Of a stretch of DNA of 64,000 nucleotides, positions 25,784 through 37,670 are shown piece by piece. The stretch spans positions 104,408,001-104,472,000 of the forward strand of contig NC_043000.1 in the NCBI RefSeq assembly GCF_006345805.1. The letters are read 5' to 3'. The translations under genes were made by a program, and so were the position numbers. This DNA is from Octopus sinensis. Lineage: Eukaryota. The notes below the pieces were generated by a model. The model ran no database searches. It was given only the letters and a program-made list of their open reading frames with translations, and was not told the DNA's origin. Positions within the stretch are counted from its first letter, which is position 1, and each line of letters starts with the position of its first letter.

Positions 25784-26156
25784 GGCGCAGGAGTGGCTGT
25801 GTGGTAAGTAGCTTGCTTACCAACCCCATGGTTCCGGGTTCAGTCCCACTATGTGGCACCTTGGGCAAGTGTCTTCTACTATAGCCTCGGGCCGACCAAA
25901 GCCTTGTGAGTGGATTTGATAGGTGGAAACTGAAAGAAACCCGTCGTATATATGTATGTGTTTATGTGTTTGACCCCCCAACATCGCTTGACAACCGATG
26001 GTAGTGTGTTTACATCCCCGTAACTTAGCGGTTCGGCAAAAGAGTCCGATAGAATAAGTACTAGGCTTACAAAGAATAAGTCCTGGGGTCGATTTGCTCG
26101 ACTAAAGGCGGTGCTCCAGCATGGCCACAGTCAAGTGACTGAAACAAGTAAAAGAG
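25784..26156 (+). mobile_element. tRNA-derived SINE family A, full length
   Basis: GGCGCAGGAGTGGCTGTGTGGTAAG (A box), GGGTTCAGTCCC (B box), internal TA/TG microsatellite, tail GACTGAAACAAGTAAAAGAG. Confidence 0.85.
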
Positions 26157-26176
26157 AGAAAAAAAGAAAGAAAGAG

Positions 26177-26268
26177 AGCTGATCTTACCAGTCAGTTTCG
26201 CGTAAAGAATACAATGGAGTGTTAGGTAACAAACCAATTATATAACTTTATGCTCATCAGAGTTAGCT
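26177..26268 (-). ncRNA. Type I hammerhead ribozyme motif, slightly decayed
   Basis: Helix I AGCTAACT/AGATCAGCT (one bulge, one mismatch); CTGATGA 26260-26254; helix II GCATAAAG/CTTTACGC; GAAA 26199-26196; C-TGACTG-G; GUA. Confidence 0.65.
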
Positions 26269-26489
26269 GATATGGAAGGGAATATGGCTACTGCTCTCTA
26301 TTGTCGGAGGTGTATTAGCCACAACTGGTCAGTGGCTGCTGTGAAAAACCTGGTGGAATGTAAAAAGGCCAGGAGATTAGTCTACGAGTTCTGTCTCTTG
26401 GTTGGATATGCTGTGAAACTGGCAAGAGTTATCTTGAAGTGGGGAAAGTGTGTATTAATGTGATGCTCCTGTGGGGATGGGGTGTGTGG

Positions 26490-26860
26490 TAAACAGCCAC
26501 TGCAATATGGAAACAGTTGTTTATGAGGCAACTGGACCCAGTGGACAATATGGAAGTATGTGGGGGCAATGGAAGGCCCCTTCAGAAACTGCTTTAATAA
26601 CCACAAGTCCTCATTCAGCATTTCAACATCCAAGAGAAACATAATGCCACAACCCTAGCCAAGCATGTCTGGACATTGAAGGAAAGCACCATGGAGTACA
26701 ACATAAAGTGGGAGTTCCTAGAAAGAGGCAAAAATACTTCAATAGCAGCAGGAAGTGCAGATTATGCCTGGCTGAGTAGAGAGCAATTTTAAAAGGTATC
26801 CAAAGTCCAGATGTTTACCTGAATTGTGGGAGTGAGGTGTTTAATCCTTGCCTGCATGAA
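26490..26860 (+). mobile_element. Penelope-like element GIY-YIG endonuclease remnant
   Basis: VYEATG...KYVGAMEGPFRNCFNNHKSSF...NATTLAKHVWTLKE...YNIKWEFLE...SRKCRLCLAE, with frameshifts. CA/pyrimidine-rich 3' region extends to about 28110. Confidence 0.75.
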
Positions 26861-27276
26861 AGGAAGTACATTCTATCATACCTGCGCACTCCACTATGAC
26901 TGCAACCACAGATCCCTTGCCTTGACCTTCTGCAAATGACTTTCCTGGCAAGAAGAGTTTGACCAAAGCACACACCAAAGCATCCATGTACACATATGCA
27001 CACCCATATAAGGCAGACACCCACAAAATAAACTGTTTCCCACCACCTACAACACACCCCTTCACACAAATTGTACCCCCCACATACACACAGACCCGCC
27101 ACACACACATACATTGCACGCTAACATACAAAAGCTTCCCACAACTTTATCCTTTACACAAAGGAAATAGACCAACAAACAGCTATTATACCTACATCCC
27201 TGTAAAAAATTATACATATAACACCGCTACACATACCACATCTCCCATCCCCATGGGAGCACCACATTAATAATAC

Positions 27277-27926
27277 TGTTATGAACTTGCCGTCGCTCAA
27301 ACTCGAACCCGGGACCCTACTAAGTCGAGCGACGACGACTGACCAGCTCAGTCGAACGGGAATCCGCCACAGAGAAAAAAACGGTGGTAGGGGATGGCAG
27401 CAAACTCGAACTGGTGACCGGAGATAACAACAACAACAACAGGAAGAGAGAGACAGACATGGCAGAAGGCAATTGCTTACATTTAAGAACAGTTTATAAC
27501 AATTATTACAACATCAAATACAATGTGATACATAGCAGATACATTAAAGAAAATAACATGCAACAGAATTAAAAAAGAAAAAGAACAACAATGCATTTAA
27601 ACATAACACGTTGTTCGAAAACAATCAAAGGCATGCATGATACACCAAGTCCGGAGACAATCAAAACAGTTCAAATTGATGCAATATAGTTCGAAACAGT
27701 TCAACATTAAAGTCTTTCTCTTTCTTTCTTTTCTTCCTCTTTTCCTTCTTTCTCTTTTTAACACTATTCACAATGTTCTCTTTTCTTTGACACAATTCAT
27801 TTTTTTCTCTTCATCAATTCTTTTTTTAGTTCTTTACAACAGATTACAATTTACGTCACAATCTCGTTTCTTTTACAATTCACATCAAAACATAAACAAA
27901 ACATACCGTTACGAACTCCTACTACA
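27277..27926 (-). mobile_element. Solo LTR (650 bp), probably Gypsy-type, inserted into the PLE 3' region
   Basis: Termini TGTAG...TAACA on the minus strand; flanks ATAC/ATAG (4 bp TSD, 1 mismatch); internal TATAAACTGTT; CpG-rich relative to flanks. Confidence 0.6.
27289..27360 (-). other. 72 nt tRNA-like sequence at the LTR 3' end (not a functional tRNA)
   Basis: D-arm-like GACTGAGCTGGTCAGTC, B box GGTTCGAGT, partial acceptor stem CCGTT/GACGG. T-stem and anticodon arm are non-canonical. Confidence 0.55.
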
Positions 27927-28359
27927 ATAGCTGTGCCTTTCCGCTGTAATCTCTCTCTTTTGCTCTACATGTCCCCAATGCTATCTGCCTGTCCTTCTCG
28001 CCACTCTTGACATCCTCTCGCTTGTCATCTCTCACATTCACTGTCTGTCTTTCTCAACGTTGTCGTTGCCTCTCGCCATCACCACCCTCGCATCGACTGC
28101 TGTCATCTAAGTTTTTACAGCTGGTTGCCCTTCCTGGATGCCAACCACTCTGAGAGTGTAATGGGTGCTTTTACGTGCCATTGGCATGTGGGCCAGTCAG
28201 GCGGTACTGGTAATGGCCACGCTCAGATGGTGTTTTTTATGTGCCACTGGCACAAGTACCAGGAAGGCGACGATGGTAACTATCACGCTCAAATGGTGCT
28301 TTTTACATGCCACCAGCACCAAAGCTAGTCAGTTGTTATGCCAACGATCATGAGAAGAA

Positions 28360-29470
28360 CTGCCTTTAGTTCTTGGAGTTTTTAATTTTGTTCTATAATT
28401 TGAGACAACTGTACAGATTCTTTTCACAAGGTTGAAGGGGATGTTTGTCTTCGTGTGCTTTGGGTGATTGGAGGTGAACAGAAGTTGTTGTTTGGAATCA
28501 GTTGGTTTGTAGTGGATATCAGTTTCAATGTTGGTGCCTTTTCTTATAGTTGGTCAAGTATATGGGACTATAGGATGAGGCAATCATCCAAGTAGCGTTT
28601 CCAATTCTCCAACAGGTATTTGTGGAAAGACAGGCCGTATTTTGATTTGGATTCTTCATAAGTTTTTAATTCTAGGTAGGCCATCACCAAGTTTGCATAA
28701 GTGGGGGCAACTTTAGTACCCATTGCAGACCCTGATATCTGTCTGTAGCTATTATTAAAATTCAAAAAGATGTTTTAGAGAATAAACTTAAGGCCTTCGA
28801 TGATAAATTCTTTTTTTATTCTTTCCGGGACCTCATTGGAGTATTTTTCTAGCCAGAATTTAATGGCTTCCAGTCCATTTTGATGTGGGATCGTAGTGTA
28901 AAGGTTTATTACACCAAAGGAGGCAATGAAAATGTCTTTATTGGTATGTTTGGGGAGATGATTTAGTAGGTCCAGGTCATCTCTTACAATACTTGGTATG
29001 TGTTTAAGTACTGGTTTTAAGAGGATATCGATAAAGTTGCTTAATATGTGTGTTTCACAGTTTGGGCCTGCCACAATTGGTCTCAGTTTGAGATCAGTGG
29101 GATGTGGTACAGTGATGCAGGTTGAAGTGAACTTTTTGGAAGCTTCAGTAATTATTTTGCTCTTGTGGATTTTTGGAAGCCCATAGAGGATGCTGGTTTT
29201 GCAATTAAAACTTGTTAGGTAGTCGTATTCCTTTGCTGTTAAGTTATTTCGATGTTGACAAATGAGTGTGTTTGGAGTGGGAAGCTGTTTGTGGGTGTAA
29301 TGGTGTGTGAAGTGAGTAATAAGTTGAACAGTGTGTATGTGGCGAGGGTACTGAAGCAGTCAGTATACAGGTGTGTAGGTGGATGGGAGGGGCGGTTGAA
29401 TGTGGGAGATGTGTGAGAATCTGTGTGGGGTAGTGTCAGATGAAGAGAGGTGGGGAGTTGAGCCAATAAG
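28360..29470 (-). mobile_element. Penelope-like element reverse transcriptase remnant
   Basis: KPRILYGLPKIHK...LRPIVAGPNCET...FGVINLYTTIPH...NFNNSYRQISGSAMGTKVAPTYANLVMAYLE...WKRYLDD (PLE-type RT motifs). Confidence 0.9.
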
Positions 29471-30399
29471 GCACAAAGGAATGAACATTCTTGTTCATGG
29501 CAAAGGTAAGAGTCTGGGTGGCCCCTCTACAGAGACAGTCTGAACACAGACATAGTGAATGACCAGTAGAGAGGAAGTGGCATGCCCATTATAGTAAGAT
29601 AGCAAATCTGCCCATCTATGATGGGAAATAAAGAGATAGTATTGCAAATCTAAACCTTCTATATTCATGAACTATATGGGGTGGGGGTGGGGGAGAATCC
29701 AGAGTTTTAACCAAAAGAAATCAATGGTGATTTATTAATACAAAACTCAATATCCGCTATATAATCATACTTTTTCACATTTTTTTTGCTAAAAACCTCC
29801 TGATTATCTCCTTCATAATCCCGAAAAACATCGTGACCATTTGTCCAGCTGTTTGACTGTGAGGAGGGAACAGACAGACATAATGCCCATTGTAGTAAGG
29901 GAACAGACAGACATAATGCCCATTGCAGGTTGTCAACACCCCTCTCTTTCTCCCTCCCTCTCTGTCTCTCTCTCACACATAATGGGTTTTTTTCTTCAGT
30001 TTCCATCTTCCAGATCCACTCCCAAGGCTTTGGTCAGCCTGAAACTATAGAAGATACTTATCCTAGGTGTCATGCAGTAGGACTGAACCTAAGACCACAT
30101 GGTTTGGAAGCAAGCTTCTTAACTGCACAACCATACCTGTACACACACACATCATACTCACACATACATACATACATACATACATGATGGCTGCCCCCTC
30201 GTTATCGAGTATGGCCATTGCACGAAGCTTAATCAATGTTGTTATCGTGCAATGCCTGTGCAAGAAGATTTTTTTTAAAGTGAAGAAAGGCTGTGCACTG
30301 AGTCAGTCTCACTCACTAAGCAACAGCAGCCATAATCCGAAAAGAAGAGCAAGTCATCATCATCGGTAACCACTGAGCTGCAGGTTTTATGTCGGAATT

Positions 30400-30730
30400 A
30401 TCCCAGTTACCTGAGTTACCTTCTCCTAGAAGGATGCCCTAACAAAAGCTGGAAGTCCTTCCCTTCCAATGGTTTAACTGCACGATCGGGTATTCAGTCC
30501 GATTATTTCTATGTCCCCATGCATGATACAGCCTTAAGACATTTATTGGATGACCGTTGACTCTCAAGAGTTCCTCCACCCTTTGACGGGTTTTGTTTTT
30601 CCTTCCGCAGGGTGTCCAATAAACACCCTCCTCACCAAGCAAGCTTGGTGGGGTTGCCGGTTTAGTCGCCGACGACCCGACCATGCAACAGGTTGTACTG
30701 GGTTACATGTTACCAGTAGCACTCGAAAGT
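30400..30730 (-). mobile_element. LINE 5'-region fragment, probably RTE-type
   Basis: GCAACCCCACCAAGCTTGCTTGGTGAGGAGGGTG...GGCATCCTTCTAGGAGAAGGTAACTC resembles RTE 5' UTRs (pattern recognition only). Confidence 0.4.
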
Positions 30731-31593
30731 GACCTGACATAACATACATACATACATGCATACGTGTGTGTGTGTAATTGATATTAGAACAAGGCATTCA
30801 CGTGCTATGTAACATAATACTTCAGAAAAATGGAACGGAAATGGAAAAAGGATGGAGACTAACTGAGAGAAAGAAAAGGAAAAAAAATGGTTGTGATGAT
30901 ATCATGTGATAGACTTGTATATGTATCAGAGAGAAAAAGAGGAAGAGAAGAAGGCAGAGGAGGGGAATAAGAATAAGATAGGGAGATAAAGGTATATACT
31001 AACAGAAGTAACAAACAAAATTTAAGTATTTTTTTTCCATGAAATGGGACTTAAGACCACAATTTAGATTAGAATTTTGGCCTTGATCAAAGGTACAGAA
31101 AGATGGCTGAGGGAATTGATATAGTGAAAGTATTGAAAAGAAACTATATTATGACATGTTACTCTTTATGTACTAACCAAAGTAATGGAATTTATATTTT
31201 TGTAAGCAAAAGACAAATGAATTAACAAAATAAGATTACTTGTTTCAGTCATTGGACTGTGGTTATGATGGAACACCAACTTGAAGGGTTTTTAGTTGAA
31301 CAAATTGTGCCCTTACCCCTCAGTACTTAATTTATAAACTTTGTATTTATTCTGATGCTCTCTTTTGCTGCACCATTAAGTTATGGGGATGTAAATAAAC
31401 CAACACTGGTTATTAAGTAGGGGACAAATACACGGATACAAGCACAAAGACACACACGTATATATATATATCAGAAATTAACTGCATAAAAGTCAATAGG
31501 AAGAGTACTCCATCCAATGAGAGTACAATATTACTAAATGTTTCAACTACATGTACTTACTGCTATAAGTACATGTAGTTGAAATGGTTAGCA

Positions 31594-31657
<64 letters not shown>

Positions 31658-32640
31658 GCTTGATGGGATTCTTTTAATTACCATCTACGAAATCTACTCA
31701 CAGGCTTTGGCCTGGGGCTATATTAGAAGACACTTGCCCAAGGTTTTACACTGTGCAACTGAACATGGAACTATGTGATTGGAATGCAAACTTCCTACTA
31801 AACAGCCATCTGCCTGCAATACAGCCACACCTGTACCTATTTTGTATATAAAGATTGAATATTTTAATAAAAAAGTTATCAAATGGGTGATAGAATCTGA
31901 GTTTTTGATGTTTTGATTAATGTAGGTTTAACCCATGTCAGCATAGACATTAATTGATGATGATGTAGAACAAAGTAACTGGAGATTGAAGAGTGCTGTA
32001 AGGGGTTTGGGGGAGTGAAATATTTGAAGTGTAGATGAACTATTAAAATTTGCAATGGCTACAGACTCATATACATACACACACACTCACATTTATATAT
32101 TCATGCATCAATGAATGTGAAAAGCTGAGTATACATGCACATCCCTCAACACAGATATTTGACATGGTTTCTACAGCTGGATGCCCTTCCTAATGCCAAC
32201 CACTTTACACAGTGTTCTAGTTGCTTTTTATGTGGCACCAGCACCAATGAGGTTGCATTGAACTGTAGAAACCATGCCAAAACAGACAATTGAAGGCTAG
32301 TGTCATTCTCTGACATGCTAGCTCCTGTCAAATCGTACAACCCATGTTAGTATGGAAAATAGATGTTAAAAGATGATGATGTTGATACATAGGTGTGTGT
32401 CTTGATATTTTGTGAGGGATGTAAACAAGCATCACCACCATACAAGCTATGTTGATTTTTTACCAATCTTCTGTAAAAATTATGTCTGGGCATGAGAGAT
32501 ATTACCTTGATTGGAAACATCTGAGGGTGGGCAACAGGAAGAACATCTACCTATTAAAAAAAATGAACAAATTCTGTCTGACCCATGCAAGCATGAAAAG
32601 TGGACATTAAAAGATGATATGTATATATGTGTGTGCGTGT

Positions 32641-33318
32641 ATATATATAGGGTAGCGAATATTCCTTAGAAATATCACCACCAGTGGTCTAGCATGTATA
32701 AATAGTCAATAGACAACATATTCTTAATATAAAATAGTGTACATTTAAACTACCCTTTAACAGGTAATTTTTACATGCTAGAAGAAGCAGTCAAAATGAC
32801 CAAAACCACATTTAATAGCAATTTTCGAAGGAAATGCAAAATAAAAACTTTTACCTTGTTATTTTTTCTGGTTATACCTAGGTTTCAAATTTCTTTAGCA
32901 AATAAGATAATTTGCTAGGCGAATTCTCATCAGTAACCAGCCTTAACAACTAACTTATAATTCAGAGACAAATAACATGTGTCTCATCATTATATGTTAT
33001 AACCTTTCAAAATTCAGTGTGCAAGTGCAGTTTCAGTCGGCAGTAAATGGATAATGCCAAGCTGATTCTTCAAGAATGCTAAGATCATATTCGTAAGATA
33101 CATATATAGGGTAGCGAATATTCCTTAGAAATATCACCACCAGTGGCCTAGCATGTATAAATAGTCAATAGACAACATATTCTTTATATAAAATAGTGTA
33201 CATTTAAACACAAGAGAAAACTACCTCTTAACAAGTATATTTTTACATGCTAGAAGAAGCAGCCAAAATGACCAAAACCACATTAAATAGCAATTTTCGA
33301 AGGAAATGAAAAATAATA
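32641..33318. repeat. About 205 bp direct repeat (32641-32845 and 33101-33318), period about 460 bp, bracketing a hammerhead
   Basis: GGGTAGCGAATATTCCTTAGAAATATCACCACCAGTGG...CGAAGGAAATG present twice with few differences. Confidence 0.9.
32868..32940 (-). ncRNA. Minimal type I hammerhead ribozyme, intact
   Basis: Perfect 7 bp helix I CTGGTTA/TAACCAG; CTGATGA 32933-32927; helix II GAATT/AATTT extended by TAGCAAAT/ATTTGCTA; GAAA 32886-32883; palindrome CCTAGG; GUA with predicted cut after 32875. Confidence 0.85.
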
Positions 33319-36300
33319 ATATCACTGATGAAAGAAGATCCTTATAAATCTGAGACCTTGTCCCTTCCTAAAAATTCTTTGATAGTCTTCTTCACTGAAT
33401 TGTTCTCATTGAAACTCTGTCATCCTAAAAGGAAATAAGTACATTTTGGTAATTGCTTTCCTTTTATCCTGAGCATATTCATATATAAATTTGTTTACTC
33501 ACTACACCTTTCTATCTCAGAAAACATGTTCATCAAGTTGTTTTTTTTTCAGTTTCTCACTAAATCAAGTAATTGCTGAACCCAACCCCCAGCCAATCCA
33601 GCTCTTTTCTCAATCACTTGTTATCTCTACAGCCACTCCAATTCCTCTCAACGTCACTGCTATCTCTGCTATCTCTAAACACCCCACTCACACTCTTGTA
33701 CAACATCCTCTTCTATCCACTCTGTACTACTTATACTACACCTACTGTTCCCTGTGGGCAAGCCCTCCTCTCATACTTTGACTTCCCTTTATCTCTAACT
33801 CTCACCCACCTTCCTCTTTCTCTATATCTTACTGAGCTAGCCGAATATCTTTTCAATTGTAAGAGGGCTTCCTTTGTCTTTCTATCATACTATAATCTCT
33901 CAGTTCTGCTTCCTCTCTCAGCTGAGACGTCCTTGTCTTGCAAGCTTTTGGGTGCTGGTACCACGTAAAAAGCACCCATTCTAGTGCCACATGAAAAGCA
34001 CCTGTGCTGGTGTCACATAAGAAACACCCATGCTGGTGCCACATCAGAAGCAACCATGTTGCTTCCACTTAAAAATCACCCATGTTGGTGCTACATATAA
34101 AGCACTGGAGCCGGTGCTTCCTAAAAAGTATCCAGTACTCTCTGTAAAGTGGTTGGCATTAGGAAAAAACCAGCTGTAGAAACCATGTCAAGACAGACAA
34201 TTGAAGTCTGGTGCTGTGCTCCAACTTGCCAGCTCCTGTCAAACCATCCAATGCATGCCAGCATGGAAAATGGACATGAAATGATGGTCATGATGATCAC
34301 ACACACACACAATGCCCCAGGTTAGACTGAGCCTCTTCATGGCATTTCCCAGTAAAATCTTTGCTGGCCCTACTCCTGTCTGACTACTTATTTCTTCCAA
34401 ATAAAAATAGTGTATACATTTAGGTTACCTGAATGTAGTTGGACAAAATGAGGAAGCCTGTTCATGATGATGTAGTTTGCTAAAAATAGTAGTCAAATTA
34501 CACACTTCTGTCAAAAAAAGGGAAAGACTGTATTGGATAATATAGATGTAGATACCCTAAAGAGATTGAATGATCTTGACTGGAACATATCTGATTGTAG
34601 ATCTGCTCAGTCAATTTCAACAACATATATATGTTTTTGAAATCAATGATATAACATATATCAAATGTAACCAGGCATATATAAGTCAAGATATGTATGC
34701 TTCAAAGTATTTGGAGGATGTGTAATTGAATAAATAAATAAATAAATAAATGACAGACAGTACATTTGTAGAACAAAAATAGACCTTCAAATATTACTAT
34801 TAATGATTTTAACTTTGAATGTATAGATGACTTTGGTTGGAATTGAACTCAGAACATAGTGCAAAACATTATTGCAGGCACAGCTTTGCAATCAAGTGGT
34901 TCCTGGTTTGATTCAAGTGTTTAGTACCTTGTTTTCCATAGTCAACTTAAGGTTTGTGAGTGAAATTGAGGTGATGGAAGCTGTACCGATGAGCTGTACT
35001 TGTTCTTTGTTGGTAGTCTTAATTTGTTACCAGGTTTAACTACTTGCAGGGCTGACCCAATACAAGGCACATGGGTTTAAATGTCTGTGATATCACATCT
35101 GTTCATGCGTCTGAGATGGCTGCTAGTAGTAGTTGCTGCTGCTGTTACTACTATTGCTACTGCAGCTGCTGCCACCCAACTTAATGGCAGATCTTCACTC
35201 ATTAGTAAGGATTAACTATTAGCACACTGATGTGTCTTCTCTATGTCTATTCTTCTAATCCATCCATACTGTCTCCTCTTCCTCACACTTTGCATTAACC
35301 ACTATGCTTAGTCTTTCTACTCCACAATATCGATCTTTTATAATTCTTTCTTCACACATTTTTCTCCAGTAGCTGCCATCTTGCAACTGTTCATGAGGAA
35401 CACAAACCATGTCGGCTTCACTGTCTCAGAGGACCTATGAAAGTTTTGGGCACAAGCCTTTCCTCCAGACCAGATCATTAAAAAAAAAATAGTCTTGAAT
35501 CTATGAACTTGCAAGCTTTATACCACCTACACCAAAGCTTACTTAGTTCACCAATCTCTTGTTTCTCAAGAGATTGTTTCTCAATCTCTTGTTTCTCATC
35601 CCAAAATACTGTATTAAGTCTCTTCATTAAACCTATTCTTCTATATCAACAATCTGAAACTACCTCCCTGCTATGTTTTCACTACATGTATCAAACTGTA
35701 GAAATTTAAGCTTAATATCAACCATATTGACCTTACTAAACTGATAGGGTTTCAAAAGGCTATGGGCACTGATCTACCTTTTAGAGATAAAGTAACTTTT
35801 AATAATCCTTTCTACTATAGGCATAAGGTCTGAAATTTTGGGGGATGGGCCTAGTATATTACATTGACCTTAGTGCTCAATTGGTCCTTATTTTATCAAC
35901 CCTGAAAGGATAAAAGGCAAAGTCTATTTCAATGGAATTTGAACTCAGAATGTAAGGAGCCAAGATAAGCATTTTGATTAGCATTTTGTGCAATGTGCTA
36001 AAGATTGTGTCAGATTATTTTCTTAGTAGCTTTTGATAATAACTGTGTAAAATATGACACTCTCAATTGATCAGAATATATACTCTATTAAAAATCACTT
36101 AAGGTTAATGCAGTAGGTCATGTCAGAAATATGACTATTTAATTGATTTAGCTAATTAATTAATAAAAATAAAAAATAATAGATGAAAAAATTAATTTTT
36201 ATTTAAAGAAATGACCTTGATTTTTTTGGTATTCTAATCTGCCAGCATAATACAGAAAGGCAGCTACCAATCTCTCAAGAGGTTAAACATCAGATACAAC

Positions 36301-36899
36301 TTGGTTATGTCAGAGGTCACAGTATGTGTTTAAATATATTTAACAAATTCTTTGCTTTTCTTCTCTCATTTATGTTACTAAATCTGTTTTTATTTTAAAC
36401 TTCTATTAGTACATAAACTATTTATTAATTTTTTTTATATATCACCTCATTATTTTAAAGTTCACTTTTCCATTCTTTCATGTGTCAGATGGAATTATTT
36501 GAGACAGGTTTTCTACAGCTGGATATCTTTTCTGTTCCCAATCCTTTCTTGTTTCCAAGCCAGATATTTCCCCATGGCAAAACATGTTTTCCATGGAAGA
36601 TTAGAAAAGAATGACACTCACAAGATGGTGATACAATGTCAAGACAAGAGGACACATATGCACTCTGTGCATGCACACACATTCACATGCATACACACAC
36701 TCATACATATACACACATACATACAAACACATATGCACATACACACAGTCATTTTGTTTTAGTCTCTGTCTTCAAAATCTGCTTGCAAAGTTTTGAGGTG
36801 CCATACACTGGGACTGAACCTGAAAGTACATGGTGAGGAAACATAATTCTTAACCACACAGTGCCTTATATTTCTTTATATATGTATATGTGTATATAT

Positions 36900-37625
36900 A
36901 TCATCATCATCGTCGTTTAGCATCCGCTTTCCATGCTAGCATGGGCTGGACGGTTCAACTGGGGTCTGTGAAGCCAGAAGGCTGCATCAGGCCCAGTCTG
37001 ATCTGGCAGTGTTTCTACGGCTGGATGCCCTTCCTAACGCCAACCACTCCGTGAGTGTAGTGGGTGCTTTTTACGTGCCACCCGCACAGGTGCCAGCCGG
37101 AGCTGGCAAACAGCCACGGACAGATGGTGCTTTTTACATGTCATTGGTACGGAGGCCAGTCGGAGCGGTGCTGGCAACGGCCATGATCGGATGGTTCGCT
37201 TACTTGTCACTGGCACTGGTATCACAGCCACAATTTCCATTGATGTTGATCGACTTCGATTTTGGTTCTGATATCTGATTTGATTTGGTTTGATTTGATT
37301 TTCACTTGCCTCAATGGGTCTTCACAAGTGGAGTTTTGTGTCCCAAGAAGGAAAGGTATGTATAAGTCGACTGGCTACATACCAGGTAGAGGCCACAGGT
37401 TATGGTCTCACTAGTCTTGCCGGGTCTTCTCACACACAGCATACTTCCATAGGTCTCGGTCTCTAGTCATTTCCTTGGTGAGACCTAAAATTTGAAGGTC
37501 GTGCTTCACCACCTCGTCCCAGGTTTTCCTGGGTCTACCTCTTCCACAGGTTCCCTCAACTTCTAGGGTGTGGCACTTTTGCACACAACTATCTTCAGCC
37601 ATTCTCGTCACATGACCATACCAGA
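36900..37625 (-). mobile_element. RTE LINE 3' end (C-terminal ORF plus tail)
   Basis: WYGHVTRMAEDSCVQKCHTLEVEGTCGRGRPRKTWDEVVKHDL followed by the family tail ending (GAT)n. Confidence 0.9.
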
Positions 37626-37627
37626 GG

Positions 37628-37670
<43 letters not shown>

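Noticed and set aside
27289-27360. Functional tRNA gene
   Set aside because: The T-stem has mismatches and the anticodon arm is non-canonical; it is part of an LTR terminus.
33320-33365. CTGATGA...GAGAC..GTC hammerhead-like string
   Set aside because: GAAA is mutated, helix II is offset, and there is no helix I.
35370-35410. Alternative ADHFE1 exon 2 giving C-SCHLATVHEEHKP-C
   Set aside because: Good acceptor and correct phases, but the donor GTCGGC is very weak and the region looks repeat-derived. Not fully excluded.
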